Source: an uncultured virus (IMG/VR IMGVR_UViG_3300006803_000022) (taxonomy: Duplodnaviria; Heunggongvirae; Uroviricota; Caudoviricetes). Taken from it: 64,000 nt of DNA. Positions within the stretch are counted from its first letter, which is position 1. The number at the start of each line of letters is the position of its first letter. The notes beneath the pieces were generated by a model. The model ran no database searches. It worked only from the letters and a program-made list of their open reading frames with translations, and was not told the origin of the DNA. The DNA lies in the IMG/VR virus record IMGVR_UViG_3300006803_000022. One strand, given 5' to 3'. Of this stretch, positions 1 through 8,110 are shown in pieces. Position numbers and translations under genes: made by a program.

Positions 1-13
1 AAGATACTGATTG

Positions 14-331
14 TCACAGTTTAAGCTCCTTCTGTAGCTCATTAAGTGTTACCTGCTCCTGTTCTTCTGTCCATGCCCTTAAGCAATGGAGTGCGTACAG
101 TCTTTCAGCGTTGAACAGGATGCTTTCGATGACCTCGAGTGCAACGCATAGGTTACAGTTGGAGAGCAGGAGTATGTTCTGCAGCTGCTCGTACGTTGAG
201 GCTCTGATGAAGTGTATGAAGTGTTCGTTCATCATCTGGATTGGATCAGTGCCATCATCTTCGACAGCATTAAGTATCTGATCGATGAGTTGCCCTGCTC
301 TCTTGTTGCAGCGGTATTGGTACAGGTTCAT
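14..331 (-). CDS. hypothetical early protein
   Basis: 105-aa ORF in a tightly packed minus-strand run; AGGA RBS upstream. Confidence 0.6.
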   Translation of the reverse strand: MNLYQYRCNKRAGQLIDQILNAVEDDGTDPIQMMNEHFIHFIRASTYEQLQNILLLSNCNLCVALEVIESILFNAERLYALHCLRAWTEEQEQVTLNELQKELKL

Positions 332-341
332 TCTATGGTCC

Positions 342-569
342 TTACATTAATACGAGTTGCTTGAGATCAGGTGCTGCTGCTTCGATGATGTGTGCGATCT
401 CTTCGAAGCGCACTTGGTCACATGATATCTTCATCTCTGGGATATCTAAGTGATACTCATCATCGTTTAGCTTTACGATCTGGCAAGGTTGATCATGGAA
501 GGTGACGTAGCATTCGTCCGATCCAAAGATCTCGGTGATGTCTTCGGGTGTGATGTATGAGTCGATCAT
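342..569 (-). CDS. hypothetical acidic early protein
   Basis: 75-aa ORF abutting its neighbours. Confidence 0.6.
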   Translation of the reverse strand: MIDSYITPEDITEIFGSDECYVTFHDQPCQIVKLNDDEYHLDIPEMKISCDQVRFEEIAHIIEAAAPDLKQLVLM

Positions 570-570
570 C

Positions 571-768
571 TTACTTCTCCTGTTCCATCATTATCATGTA
601 CTCAAGCTGGTCGATGTCTGCTTCCATCCGCAGCATCTGACGCTCTGTTTCATTAGCCTCATCAGCTGTGCCATACTCAAGCTGTGACTCGAACCATTGT
701 GTGGCGAACTCATACTCTTCTTCGAGCTTGATGATCTGGTTCTTCCATTCTTTTACTTGATCGGTCAT
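571..768 (-). CDS. small acidic coiled-coil early protein, likely first gene of the minus arm
   Basis: Start re-assigned to ATG at 768 (MTDQVKEW), with AAAGGAC RBS upstream. Confidence 0.6.
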   Translation of the reverse strand: MTDQVKEWKNQIIKLEEEYEFATQWFESQLEYGTADEANETERQMLRMEADIDQLEYMIMMEQEK

Positions 769-790
769 TGGTCTCGTCCTTTCGGGTGAT

Positions 791-1441
791 GTGAGGTGGC
801 TGACCTTCACGATGACAACGTCAGCCTTGATGAGACACCCACTGGGACAGCAGGACTCATTGGTAGTGTGATGCGTTACTGTGGTGGTGCATCAGTCCAA
901 CCCATGCGGTTCACTCACATGGTAGAGTCGTGTAGTCTATGCCTTTGCTTATCGGGCAGGCTCACCACGTATGATACTAACTATGCCCTCACTGCTTGCG
1001 GCACGTGGCGGCATCAGCTAGGTCGTGACTCGATTGAATCAAGGAGAGTGTAGTCAGTATCTCACTCAACCCAAAGGCGTTAGCCGCTCTTACTTTGGGA
1101 GTGGGGCTGGCTGCTTGGTGATGTGGTCAGAGTGTGTGGTGGTGTGGTCAGAGTGTGGTGTGAGTCTGCCATCAGCACACCCACTACACTCTCAATGACG
1201 CACAGTCCACGCTATCAGCACCCACCACCATGAGTCATAGGTACTAACAGTAGCAGTCAGAGTGTGGTGAGTGTACCCTCTACTTCACAGTACACACTGG
1301 CTACCGCTGAGCCACGGTCGAGTGATGACCATCAGCTACTGAGTGTGTCATGTGCGAGAGGGTACCCCCTTCTGGTGGTGCATCTGAAACTAGGGGGTGG
1401 GGCAAGTAGTGTGATGTGTAGTGAGTATATATTGTTTTTTT
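791..1441 (+). ncRNA. candidate large structured non-coding RNA or structured terminal region
   Basis: Many nested helices whose G.U wobbles work only on the + strand; no credible ORF; ends at a run of 7 T (1435-1441). Confidence 0.4.
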
Positions 1442-1518
1442 CTCTCTCACAGCCTTAGAGGTATATAGCTAGGATCCGCTACCGATATAACCGTAGGAGG
1501 GGTAGTAGTATATATACA

Positions 1519-1562
1519 CCACACTCTAACAACACTCTAATCACACTCTAACCACACTCTAA
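1519..1562. repeat. 4 x 11-bp tandem repeat (nnACACTCTAA)
   Basis: ccacactctaa caacactctaa tcacactctaa ccacactctaa. Confidence 0.9.
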
Positions 1563-1839
1563 CAAACAATCCACAGCAGGTCTAACCAACATCTCACTGC
1601 CTAGCAAATGCATAGTTTGATAGGTACACCTTAGAGGCCACACGTGTCCTATACAGCACGAATTCCACCCGTAACGTGCTATATATGACCCATTATTCTT
1701 CTCCTTTTGCCACCCTTCCCTGCAACCCTAGAGTGTAATCAGGCTCTTACAGAGGCCATCTGAGTGTACACATTCCTTAATCTGCATGTGATCAGATAAC
1801 CACTAGGTGTAGTATACCACTACTTTTCTTATCTACATA

Positions 1840-1860
1840 TAGCTATGTCCCCTTAAGGGG
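1840..1860 (+). promoter_or_regulatory. putative phage RNAP promoter (variant)
   Basis: TAGCTATGTCCCCTTAAGGGG, 19/21 identical to the copies at 2056 and 54495. Confidence 0.65.
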
Positions 1861-2055
1861 CACCCGTCAGAAAGTGATATAGAGTAATATATATGTAGTA
1901 GGTAGTGATGTAGAGTAGTATATCATAAGTATAAGAAGGATGTTATATGAGTGTATTCAGTACCCAAATATACTCTACACCGTAAGATTTCAATATATAC
2001 GCTACAGCGTAGGTAGACACAACATATAGTGGTTTACCAGAAGTAAGGCACTAAA

Positions 2056-2076
2056 TAGCTATGTCCCCTTATAGGG
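2056..2076 (+). promoter_or_regulatory. putative phage RNAP late promoter
   Basis: TAGCTATGTCCCCTTATAGGG, identical to 54495-54515; T7-style TATA/GGG start; directly upstream of the late operon. Confidence 0.75.
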
Positions 2077-2109
2077 ATCCCAATTCCCTTTTACACAGGA
2101 GTACTCAAG

Positions 2110-2226
2110 ATGGATAAACTTAAAGCAAAATGGGAAGAGGCCACAAAAGTACAGAAGGCTATGGCAGTCTTTGTGGTACTGGTAATCGTGCTCAGTCTAG
2201 CAAGCGGTGGTGTAGCCGTAAGCTGA
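2110..2226 (+). CDS. 38-aa single-pass membrane protein (absent from ORF track)
   Basis: AGGAG RBS; MDKLKAKWEEATKVQKAMAVFVVLVIVLSLASGGVAVS. Confidence 0.7.
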   Translation: MDKLKAKWEEATKVQKAMAVFVVLVIVLSLASGGVAVS

Positions 2227-2306
2227 ATCCGTGCACATGCGGTAAGAGAAAATAAGGGTGGTAGAGTTTACTACGAATTTACTCTGCTACCCAATACGAG
2301 GGTAAC

Positions 2307-2558
2307 ATGCTAGATCAATACCTATGCAAATGTATCGAATGCAGAACATTCTTCTCATGCGATAATGAGTTTATCAACCGCTGCTTCACTTGTGAGGAAG
2401 CCAAATATAGAATAGAAGAGGACAGTGATACATTGGAAGACGCCTTGGTGGAAGCCGAAGCTGATCTGATGAAGGCTAATGAAAGGATTGATCTCCTTCT
2501 GGAGATTCTTGTATCCTTTGGGCATGCCTCCAGGATTTCCGATATACACAACATGTAA
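2307..2558 (+). CDS. small Zn-finger/coiled-coil protein
   Basis: CIEC...CFTC motif; GAGG RBS; abuts TerL. Confidence 0.65.
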   Translation: MLDQYLCKCIECRTFFSCDNEFINRCFTCEEAKYRIEEDSDTLEDALVEAEADLMKANERIDLLLEILVSFGHASRISDIHNM

Positions 2559-2560
2559 TA

Positions 2561-4219
2561 ATGGACAATAGAAAAAAGCTAGCTATAGCGAAGGAGAAGT
2601 GGCGTCGGGAGAAAGAAACCCTCTACGAGTCAGACTACAGAACCTTTGCCAAAGAGCAGATCAAGATTAGACCTAAGGATGTAACCAAAGGTCTTGTATC
2701 GTTCCAGTTCAATGAAGCTCAGGATAGAATCCACGAGGCTATCGAGGAACAGAGAACGAGGACAGGGAAAGTGAGGGCTATTATCCTCAAGGCTCGGCAA
2801 CAGGGTATATCTACCTACTGTACCGGGCGAGTGTTTTGGAAAACCAAATATATGCCCCTTTCCCGGTCTGTAGTAATGGCTCATGATGGGGCCACGTCTG
2901 ACGCTCTATTCCAGATGTCTAAGAATGTTCATGCCAATTTGAACGTAGTATTCCAACCAGAGATTTCTAAATCGAATGCTAAGGAGATTGTATTTGTTGA
3001 ACGTAAAAGAGACGAAGCGGGCGTCGAGTATAAAGAAGAACGTGGCTACCGACTGTACACAGCTGGCTCACCGGAAGCAGGTCGTGGCACTACGCCTACG
3101 GTCGCACATCTTTCGGAAGTTGCTTTCTGGCAGTTCGATGATAAGATTCTTGCTGGTATGTTTCAGGGCATCCCGAATGCTCCCGGCACAGAAGTAATCC
3201 TAGAGAGTACCGCCAACGGTATCTCAGGTGAATTCTACCGTCTGTGGAAGAACGCAGAGGCAGGAAAGAACGAATATGTACCTATCTTCATCCCATGGTT
3301 TATCACATCAGAGTATGTTCTGGACGCACCAGACTACTTTGAGTATACTGAGGATGAAGCCGAGTATGCAGAAAAATACGATCTGACAAGAGAACAGATG
3401 TACTGGAGAAGAATGAAGATCGGTGAATCCGGTACTATCAAGTTTCAACAGGAATACCCTGCAACAGCAGAGGAAGCATTTGTATCTTCCGGATCGAACG
3501 TGTTTGATGTACCAAAACTAAATGAGTATGTCACAACACAACCTATAAGTCGAAGGCGTCTTATAGAGGGTACTACCTACTTCGACATAGACCCAGCAGG
3601 AGAACTCACAGTTTTCCGTAACCACAAGCATCAAGATAAGTTTATCATTGGTGCTGATGTTGCTATGGGTGTAGGTCTAGATAGGTCTGTGGCTGTCGTC
3701 ATGGACTCAGAAAGAGAGGTCGTTGCTAAATATAGCACTGACCGTATTGATCCTACTAGATATGGTGAGATACTCTTCTACTTGGGTCGCATGTACAATC
3801 ATGCACTACTTATAGTGGAGAGCAACTCTATGGGCGTAGCTACACTAGCTAAGCTCAAGGATATGCGCTACCCTAACTTATACTACCAGACTAACCTGCA
3901 AAAGATCTCAGATGAAGAGACTGACAGACTGGGCTTCAAGACTTCGGTCGGTACAAAGCCAGCTATCATCGCTAATCTGAAGAACGCACTGAAGAACTTA
4001 GAGATCAAGATCCCAGATGAAAATATCATCAAGGAATTGAAGGAATACATTGTAACCGATACTGGAAAGTACGAAGCCATGCAAGGCTGTTATGATGACT
4101 CAGTGATGGCCTTAGCCTTTTGCCTAGAAGCGTATCGAACGCATCAGCATAGATTAAGTGCGACCAGACAAGGTCACATGACTACCGCTTTTGTACCCGA
4201 CGACTCAGTCTGGTTCTGA
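2561..4219 (+). CDS. terL: terminase large subunit
   Basis: LKARQQGIST Walker A, HLSEVAFW Walker B, ESTANG coupling motif, GADVAMG and DDSVMA nuclease motifs. Confidence 0.95.
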   Translation: MDNRKKLAIAKEKWRREKETLYESDYRTFAKEQIKIRPKDVTKGLVSFQFNEAQDRIHEAIEEQRTRTGKVRAIILKARQQGISTYCTGRVFWKTKYMPLSRSVVMAHDGATSDALFQMSKNVHANLNVVFQPEISKSNAKEIVFVERKRDEAGVEYKEERGYRLYTAGSPEAGRGTTPTVAHLSEVAFWQFDDKILAGMFQGIPNAPGTEVILESTANGISGEFYRLWKNAEAGKNEYVPIFIPWFITSEYVLDAPDYFEYTEDEAEYAEKYDLTREQMYWRRMKIGESGTIKFQQEYPATAEEAFVSSGSNVFDVPKLNEYVTTQPISRRRLIEGTTYFDIDPAGELTVFRNHKHQDKFIIGADVAMGVGLDRSVAVVMDSEREVVAKYSTDRIDPTRYGEILFYLGRMYNHALLIVESNSMGVATLAKLKDMRYPNLYYQTNLQKISDEETDRLGFKTSVGTKPAIIANLKNALKNLEIKIPDENIIKELKEYIVTDTGKYEAMQGCYDDSVMALAFCLEAYRTHQHRLSATRQGHMTTAFVPDDSVWF

Positions 4220-4304
4220 ATAGGTACAATACACGTCCTCAGTCGTTGTGAGGGGGCGGCTGTATTGTTACTCCCCCTCACTTAATAACATAAGAGGACA
4301 TCAT

Positions 4305-4889
4305 ATGAAATACTTCGGAGACGAAGGAAAAGAATACCTCATTGAACACTTATTCTTTGGGTCACTACCCGAGTTTCAATCTGATCCCTTGATCATCCTT
4401 GTAGACAAATGTCTGGAACAGGATGTAGTCATGGTTGAGCAGATTGCCTATGTACTCGCCACAGCCTACCACGAATCGAATAGGTTCAAGGCTAAAGAAG
4501 AGTATAGAAAGGGTATGGGAAAGCGCTACGGAATCGAGAATTGGATCTGGAGCAACAAGAAAGAGTCCTACCATGGACGAGGCTGGGTCCAATTGACTTG
4601 GCTAGGCAACTACGGAAAGATGTCTGCTCATTTATCTTGTACACTGAATAAGCCTGTGGATCTCATAAATGATCCAGATCTTATCATAAAGGACGATAGG
4701 ATCAATGCTTACATCACTGTAGTAGGTATGAAGCGAGGTATGTTCACTGGCAAGAAGCTGGCGAACTACATCAATGAAGACAGTACCGACTACGTTAATG
4801 CCAGACGTATAGTAAATGGAATGGACAAGGCCGACCTCATTGCAGGTTACGCCAAACACTTTGAAGAGGCCTTAAGAAATGGACCCTAA
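4305..4889 (+). CDS. glycoside hydrolase family 19 endolysin
   Basis: AYVLATAYHES, YHGRGWVQLTWxxNY, ARRIVNG; start at ATG 4305 after GAGGA. Confidence 0.85.
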   Translation: MKYFGDEGKEYLIEHLFFGSLPEFQSDPLIILVDKCLEQDVVMVEQIAYVLATAYHESNRFKAKEEYRKGMGKRYGIENWIWSNKKESYHGRGWVQLTWLGNYGKMSAHLSCTLNKPVDLINDPDLIIKDDRINAYITVVGMKRGMFTGKKLANYINEDSTDYVNARRIVNGMDKADLIAGYAKHFEEALRNGP

Positions 4890-5175
4890 TAGAAAGCAAG
4901 GACTTCTAGATAACCTCTTAGCTCCACTAGGACAACAGATTGTAAACCCTGACAACCAAGTCACGGACATGATGGACCCAGTGAAAGCAGCTGAGAGAAA
5001 AAGAAGAGAAGAAGAAGAGCGTAAACGTATGGAGGCAGCAGCTATCGAAGCAAAGTACCTATCTGGTATGGAAGCCGCAGCTGCTCAACCCGCTCAGAAG
5101 AAATCAAACTGGAACCCATTTGTATGGATGTTCGGTCAGCCTGATGGTTCTACCAAGGGTGTACTGAGCGAATAG
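4879..5175 (+). CDS. hypothetical protein
   Basis: 98-aa ORF overlapping the lysin end. Confidence 0.6.
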   Translation: MDPNRKQGLLDNLLAPLGQQIVNPDNQVTDMMDPVKAAERKRREEEERKRMEAAAIEAKYLSGMEAAAAQPAQKKSNWNPFVWMFGQPDGSTKGVLSE

Positions 5176-5184
5176 GAGAATTAA

Positions 5185-7410
5185 ATGTCTGATAAACTTA
5201 CAGACGAAGAGTTTCTGGCAGAGATTGACCAGTTGCGGGGAACCGTATCGGAATATCAGCTAGGATCAAGTTCTCTTGAGGACGTACGTAATCAGGCTAC
5301 CTACGAGTATGCAGGGATGGCTATCGGTCACCTACAAGCTCAAGGTGTTTCCACGATTGTCGATACCTCAACTACGGAAGTAGTAGATGGGTATACAGCT
5401 ATCATCTCAGAACTCCTCTTCGACAATAACAAGATTGCAAGATTCAAACCATCTTCACTCGATCCAAAGATTGCATCGGTTACGAAGAAGGCAGAAGACT
5501 TGACTAACCACGAGATCTTTACCGCTAACGAAGGCTGGCTCAAACTGAACAGCTGGGCGAAGGCAGGTCTACTCTGGAAGAACTCCATCATCCGTTGGGA
5601 TTGGTGTGAGGACTACTGCTACGAATATGAAGAGTTTGACGAGATCGACGAGGCTACTCTAGATCAGATGCTTGGTGATGACAATGTAGAACTAATCGGA
5701 GACCTGATAGCAGAAGATAATGCTGTCGAGGGTGAAGAGGGTGTTGAGTACAGTGTCGTATACCGAGATGTAAAGATCAAGAGAAAGGAAGATAAAAGCG
5801 GCGTCAGATTTGATGTCGTACCTCATGAGAACTTCTCAATCGATAGGAACGCTAAGTCCCTAGATGAGTTCTCTTATATTGGTATCGAAGAGGATGACGT
5901 ATCTAAGTCAGACCTTCGTAAGCGTCACCCAGATGTATTCACGAAGAAGTTCAAGAAGTGGGAAGATCTGGACGGTGGCTTCTATCGCCACCATGCAGAA
6001 CGTACTGCTCGTAAGGACGTAACTGGTGAGACGTACAATTCCAATCTTGACAAGAAGCTATCGAACCTAGACGAAAACACCACGTTCCTCGTAACCGAGT
6101 GCTGGCTATTCGCAGATAGGGACGGAGACGGGATCGCAGAGATGCGTCACGTAATCTTCTCCGGTGATATGCTAATCCTTGACGAGTATGCAGATCAAGT
6201 AAACCTTGCATCGCTCTGCCCTATCGAGATCCCATATGAATTTTATGGACTGTCGATGGCAGACATCACAAGGTCGTCTACTCTTACATCGACCGCGATC
6301 CTTCGTGGCTTTGTAGAGAATGTCTACCTGACTAACTTCTCCCCGCGCCTAGCGGATCCCAATGTAGTTGATTTTGCTGCGCTTCAGAACATGAAGCCCA
6401 AGTCGATCATCCCTACTGTTGGTAATCCTACTGGTTCGGTTCAGATGCTGCAGCCAGAGAATATCGCTCCCGGCACAGTACCGCTACTGCAACAGATGCA
6501 GATCAACAAAGAACAGGCTAACGGTCTATCCAAAGCAGCACAAGGTCTCAACGATGACCTATATGTCTCTGGAAACTCCGAAGCTAAGCTTGCAAAGGTC
6601 CAATCTGCTGCTCAGACTCGTATTCAACACGTTGCAAGACGTTTTGTACAGACTGGTATTAAGCGGTTCGTCAAGGGAGTATACAACGAAATTCGGAAGA
6701 ATGCTTCTGGAAGTCGTGGATATCTCGACCGTGACGGCATCTACGGCGAAGTAGCCATGCTTGACCTTCCTAAATCCATCCATATCGATGTTGAAGCCAA
6801 CCTAGGTGAGAACTCTAACGACAATCTACGTATGAAGTACGAGATGGTCGGCGGTATCATCTCTAGACTGGCTGAAGGTGGTCGTGGAGTGGTTATCAAA
6901 GAGACAGCAGACGCTAAATTGGCATCTATGGCTATCGTAGCTCTAGATTTGGACCCTATGGACTTCATTGAAGACTATAACAGCCCAGATTTCGAACAGA
7001 AAGCTCAAGAAGCTCGTGAAATGGCGAATGCAGCTGAGAACAGACGTCTCAAGATGGAAGAACTCAAGACAAACTATGACATTCTGGCCAAAGAGGCTAA
7101 TGCTAGGCTCCTTGCAACACAAGCAGATAATGCTATGCAGGACAACGCCAAGCAACTGGCTGTCACAATGGATACTCACTATCAGAACTGGGCTGAACTG
7201 GCTCTCAAAGCTGATAAGGAGGGAACTCCGCGTCCACAACCACCAGAAATCGCTTCGCTCATCAAAGCAGCTTACGAATTGATTGGTAACTATGGACCAT
7301 CTAATGCTTCCGGTATTCAAGGAAGACTTAAGGAGCTATCTATGCAACATTCTAACGATGCTATAGGTAATGTTGAAAGTCAGCAGCAGAAAGAGCAGAT
7401 GGAACAATAA
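5185..7410 (+). CDS. portal protein (phiEco32/SU10-type)
   Basis: 741 aa; position; ECWLFADRDGDGIAE, PIEIPYEFYGLSMAD and ILRGFVENVYL motifs typical of these portals. Confidence 0.88.
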   Translation: MSDKLTDEEFLAEIDQLRGTVSEYQLGSSSLEDVRNQATYEYAGMAIGHLQAQGVSTIVDTSTTEVVDGYTAIISELLFDNNKIARFKPSSLDPKIASVTKKAEDLTNHEIFTANEGWLKLNSWAKAGLLWKNSIIRWDWCEDYCYEYEEFDEIDEATLDQMLGDDNVELIGDLIAEDNAVEGEEGVEYSVVYRDVKIKRKEDKSGVRFDVVPHENFSIDRNAKSLDEFSYIGIEEDDVSKSDLRKRHPDVFTKKFKKWEDLDGGFYRHHAERTARKDVTGETYNSNLDKKLSNLDENTTFLVTECWLFADRDGDGIAEMRHVIFSGDMLILDEYADQVNLASLCPIEIPYEFYGLSMADITRSSTLTSTAILRGFVENVYLTNFSPRLADPNVVDFAALQNMKPKSIIPTVGNPTGSVQMLQPENIAPGTVPLLQQMQINKEQANGLSKAAQGLNDDLYVSGNSEAKLAKVQSAAQTRIQHVARRFVQTGIKRFVKGVYNEIRKNASGSRGYLDRDGIYGEVAMLDLPKSIHIDVEANLGENSNDNLRMKYEMVGGIISRLAEGGRGVVIKETADAKLASMAIVALDLDPMDFIEDYNSPDFEQKAQEAREMANAAENRRLKMEELKTNYDILAKEANARLLATQADNAMQDNAKQLAVTMDTHYQNWAELALKADKEGTPRPQPPEIASLIKAAYELIGNYGPSNASGIQGRLKELSMQHSNDAIGNVESQQQKEQMEQ

Positions 7411-7412
7411 AC

Positions 7413-7769
7413 ATGGACACCGAGGACACCAAAGAAACATTTCGGAACCGCTTCTTCTACCCTATGTACAAACAGGGATATATGGAACAAGCGGACCGGA
7501 GACCCCACCTACAGAATATTATGGCCGCACGTGGTGAACAAGCCACAAGGAAGAAAGATGAAATCTTCGATGAGGCGTATGCAGAGATTCTAATGGATCT
7601 CTTCATTAGGTGGTCCCAAACAGAGCTACATGAAACAGAGTTTCGTGAGAGCTTGTATCAAAACACTTTAGCCCTAGGCGCAGTAAAGATGAAGCTAGCA
7701 GAGTACGAGATGTACGGACGCAATGCTCCATTTCTAGGACCAGAAAAAGAGGACGACGATGAGAAGTAA
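7413..7769 (+). CDS. hypothetical head-module protein
   Basis: 118-aa ORF between portal and scaffold. Confidence 0.6.
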   Translation: MDTEDTKETFRNRFFYPMYKQGYMEQADRRPHLQNIMAARGEQATRKKDEIFDEAYAEILMDLFIRWSQTELHETEFRESLYQNTLALGAVKMKLAEYEMYGRNAPFLGPEKEDDDEK

Positions 7770-8097
7770 AGTAAAAACTGGTGTTGTTGACATCGGCACA
7801 TTGGAACGAGCAATTGAGAATACCCACAAGGTACTCAAGACCGTAATTCAGAATGCGTCGAAGAACATCACGAATGCACAAGCAATGAAAGGGAATACTT
7901 CCGCTCTCGTCGCTGATCTCAATGCAATGGAAGCACTCTACGCCGATGAAGTAGAAGTTGCCGAAGCTAAAGAGAATGAAAGGGTGAAGGCACTCGCCGC
8001 TGCTAAGAGAGCAGCCGAAGCCAAAGAGAAAGCCCCAAAGATCACCAAGCCTCAAGAAGTAGAGGCTGTAACGCCTTCTGCTGTTGAAGCAAACTAG
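7759..8097 (+). CDS. hypothetical head-module protein
   Basis: 112-aa ORF; GAGG RBS. Confidence 0.6.
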   Translation: MRSKVKTGVVDIGTLERAIENTHKVLKTVIQNASKNITNAQAMKGNTSALVADLNAMEALYADEVEVAEAKENERVKALAAAKRAAEAKEKAPKITKPQEVEAVTPSAVEAN

Positions 8098-8110
8098 AAG
8101 GTAAAATAAT

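Noticed and set aside
779..1017. Hammerhead ribozyme, cobalamin riboswitch or retron msr-msd as the identity of the structured region
   Set aside because: The minus strand has CUGAUGC rather than CUGAUGA and lacks a placed GAAA core; no B12 box; no reverse transcriptase in the window
796..1458. + strand ORFs 796-1053 and 1264-1458
   Set aside because: GTG starts, no clear RBS and atypical composition; better explained as structured non-coding sequence
1519..1562. CRISPR-like array
   Set aside because: 11-bp units with no spacers
6116..6142. EF-hand-like DRDGDGIAE in the portal as a novelty
   Set aside because: This motif is commonly seen in portals of this type
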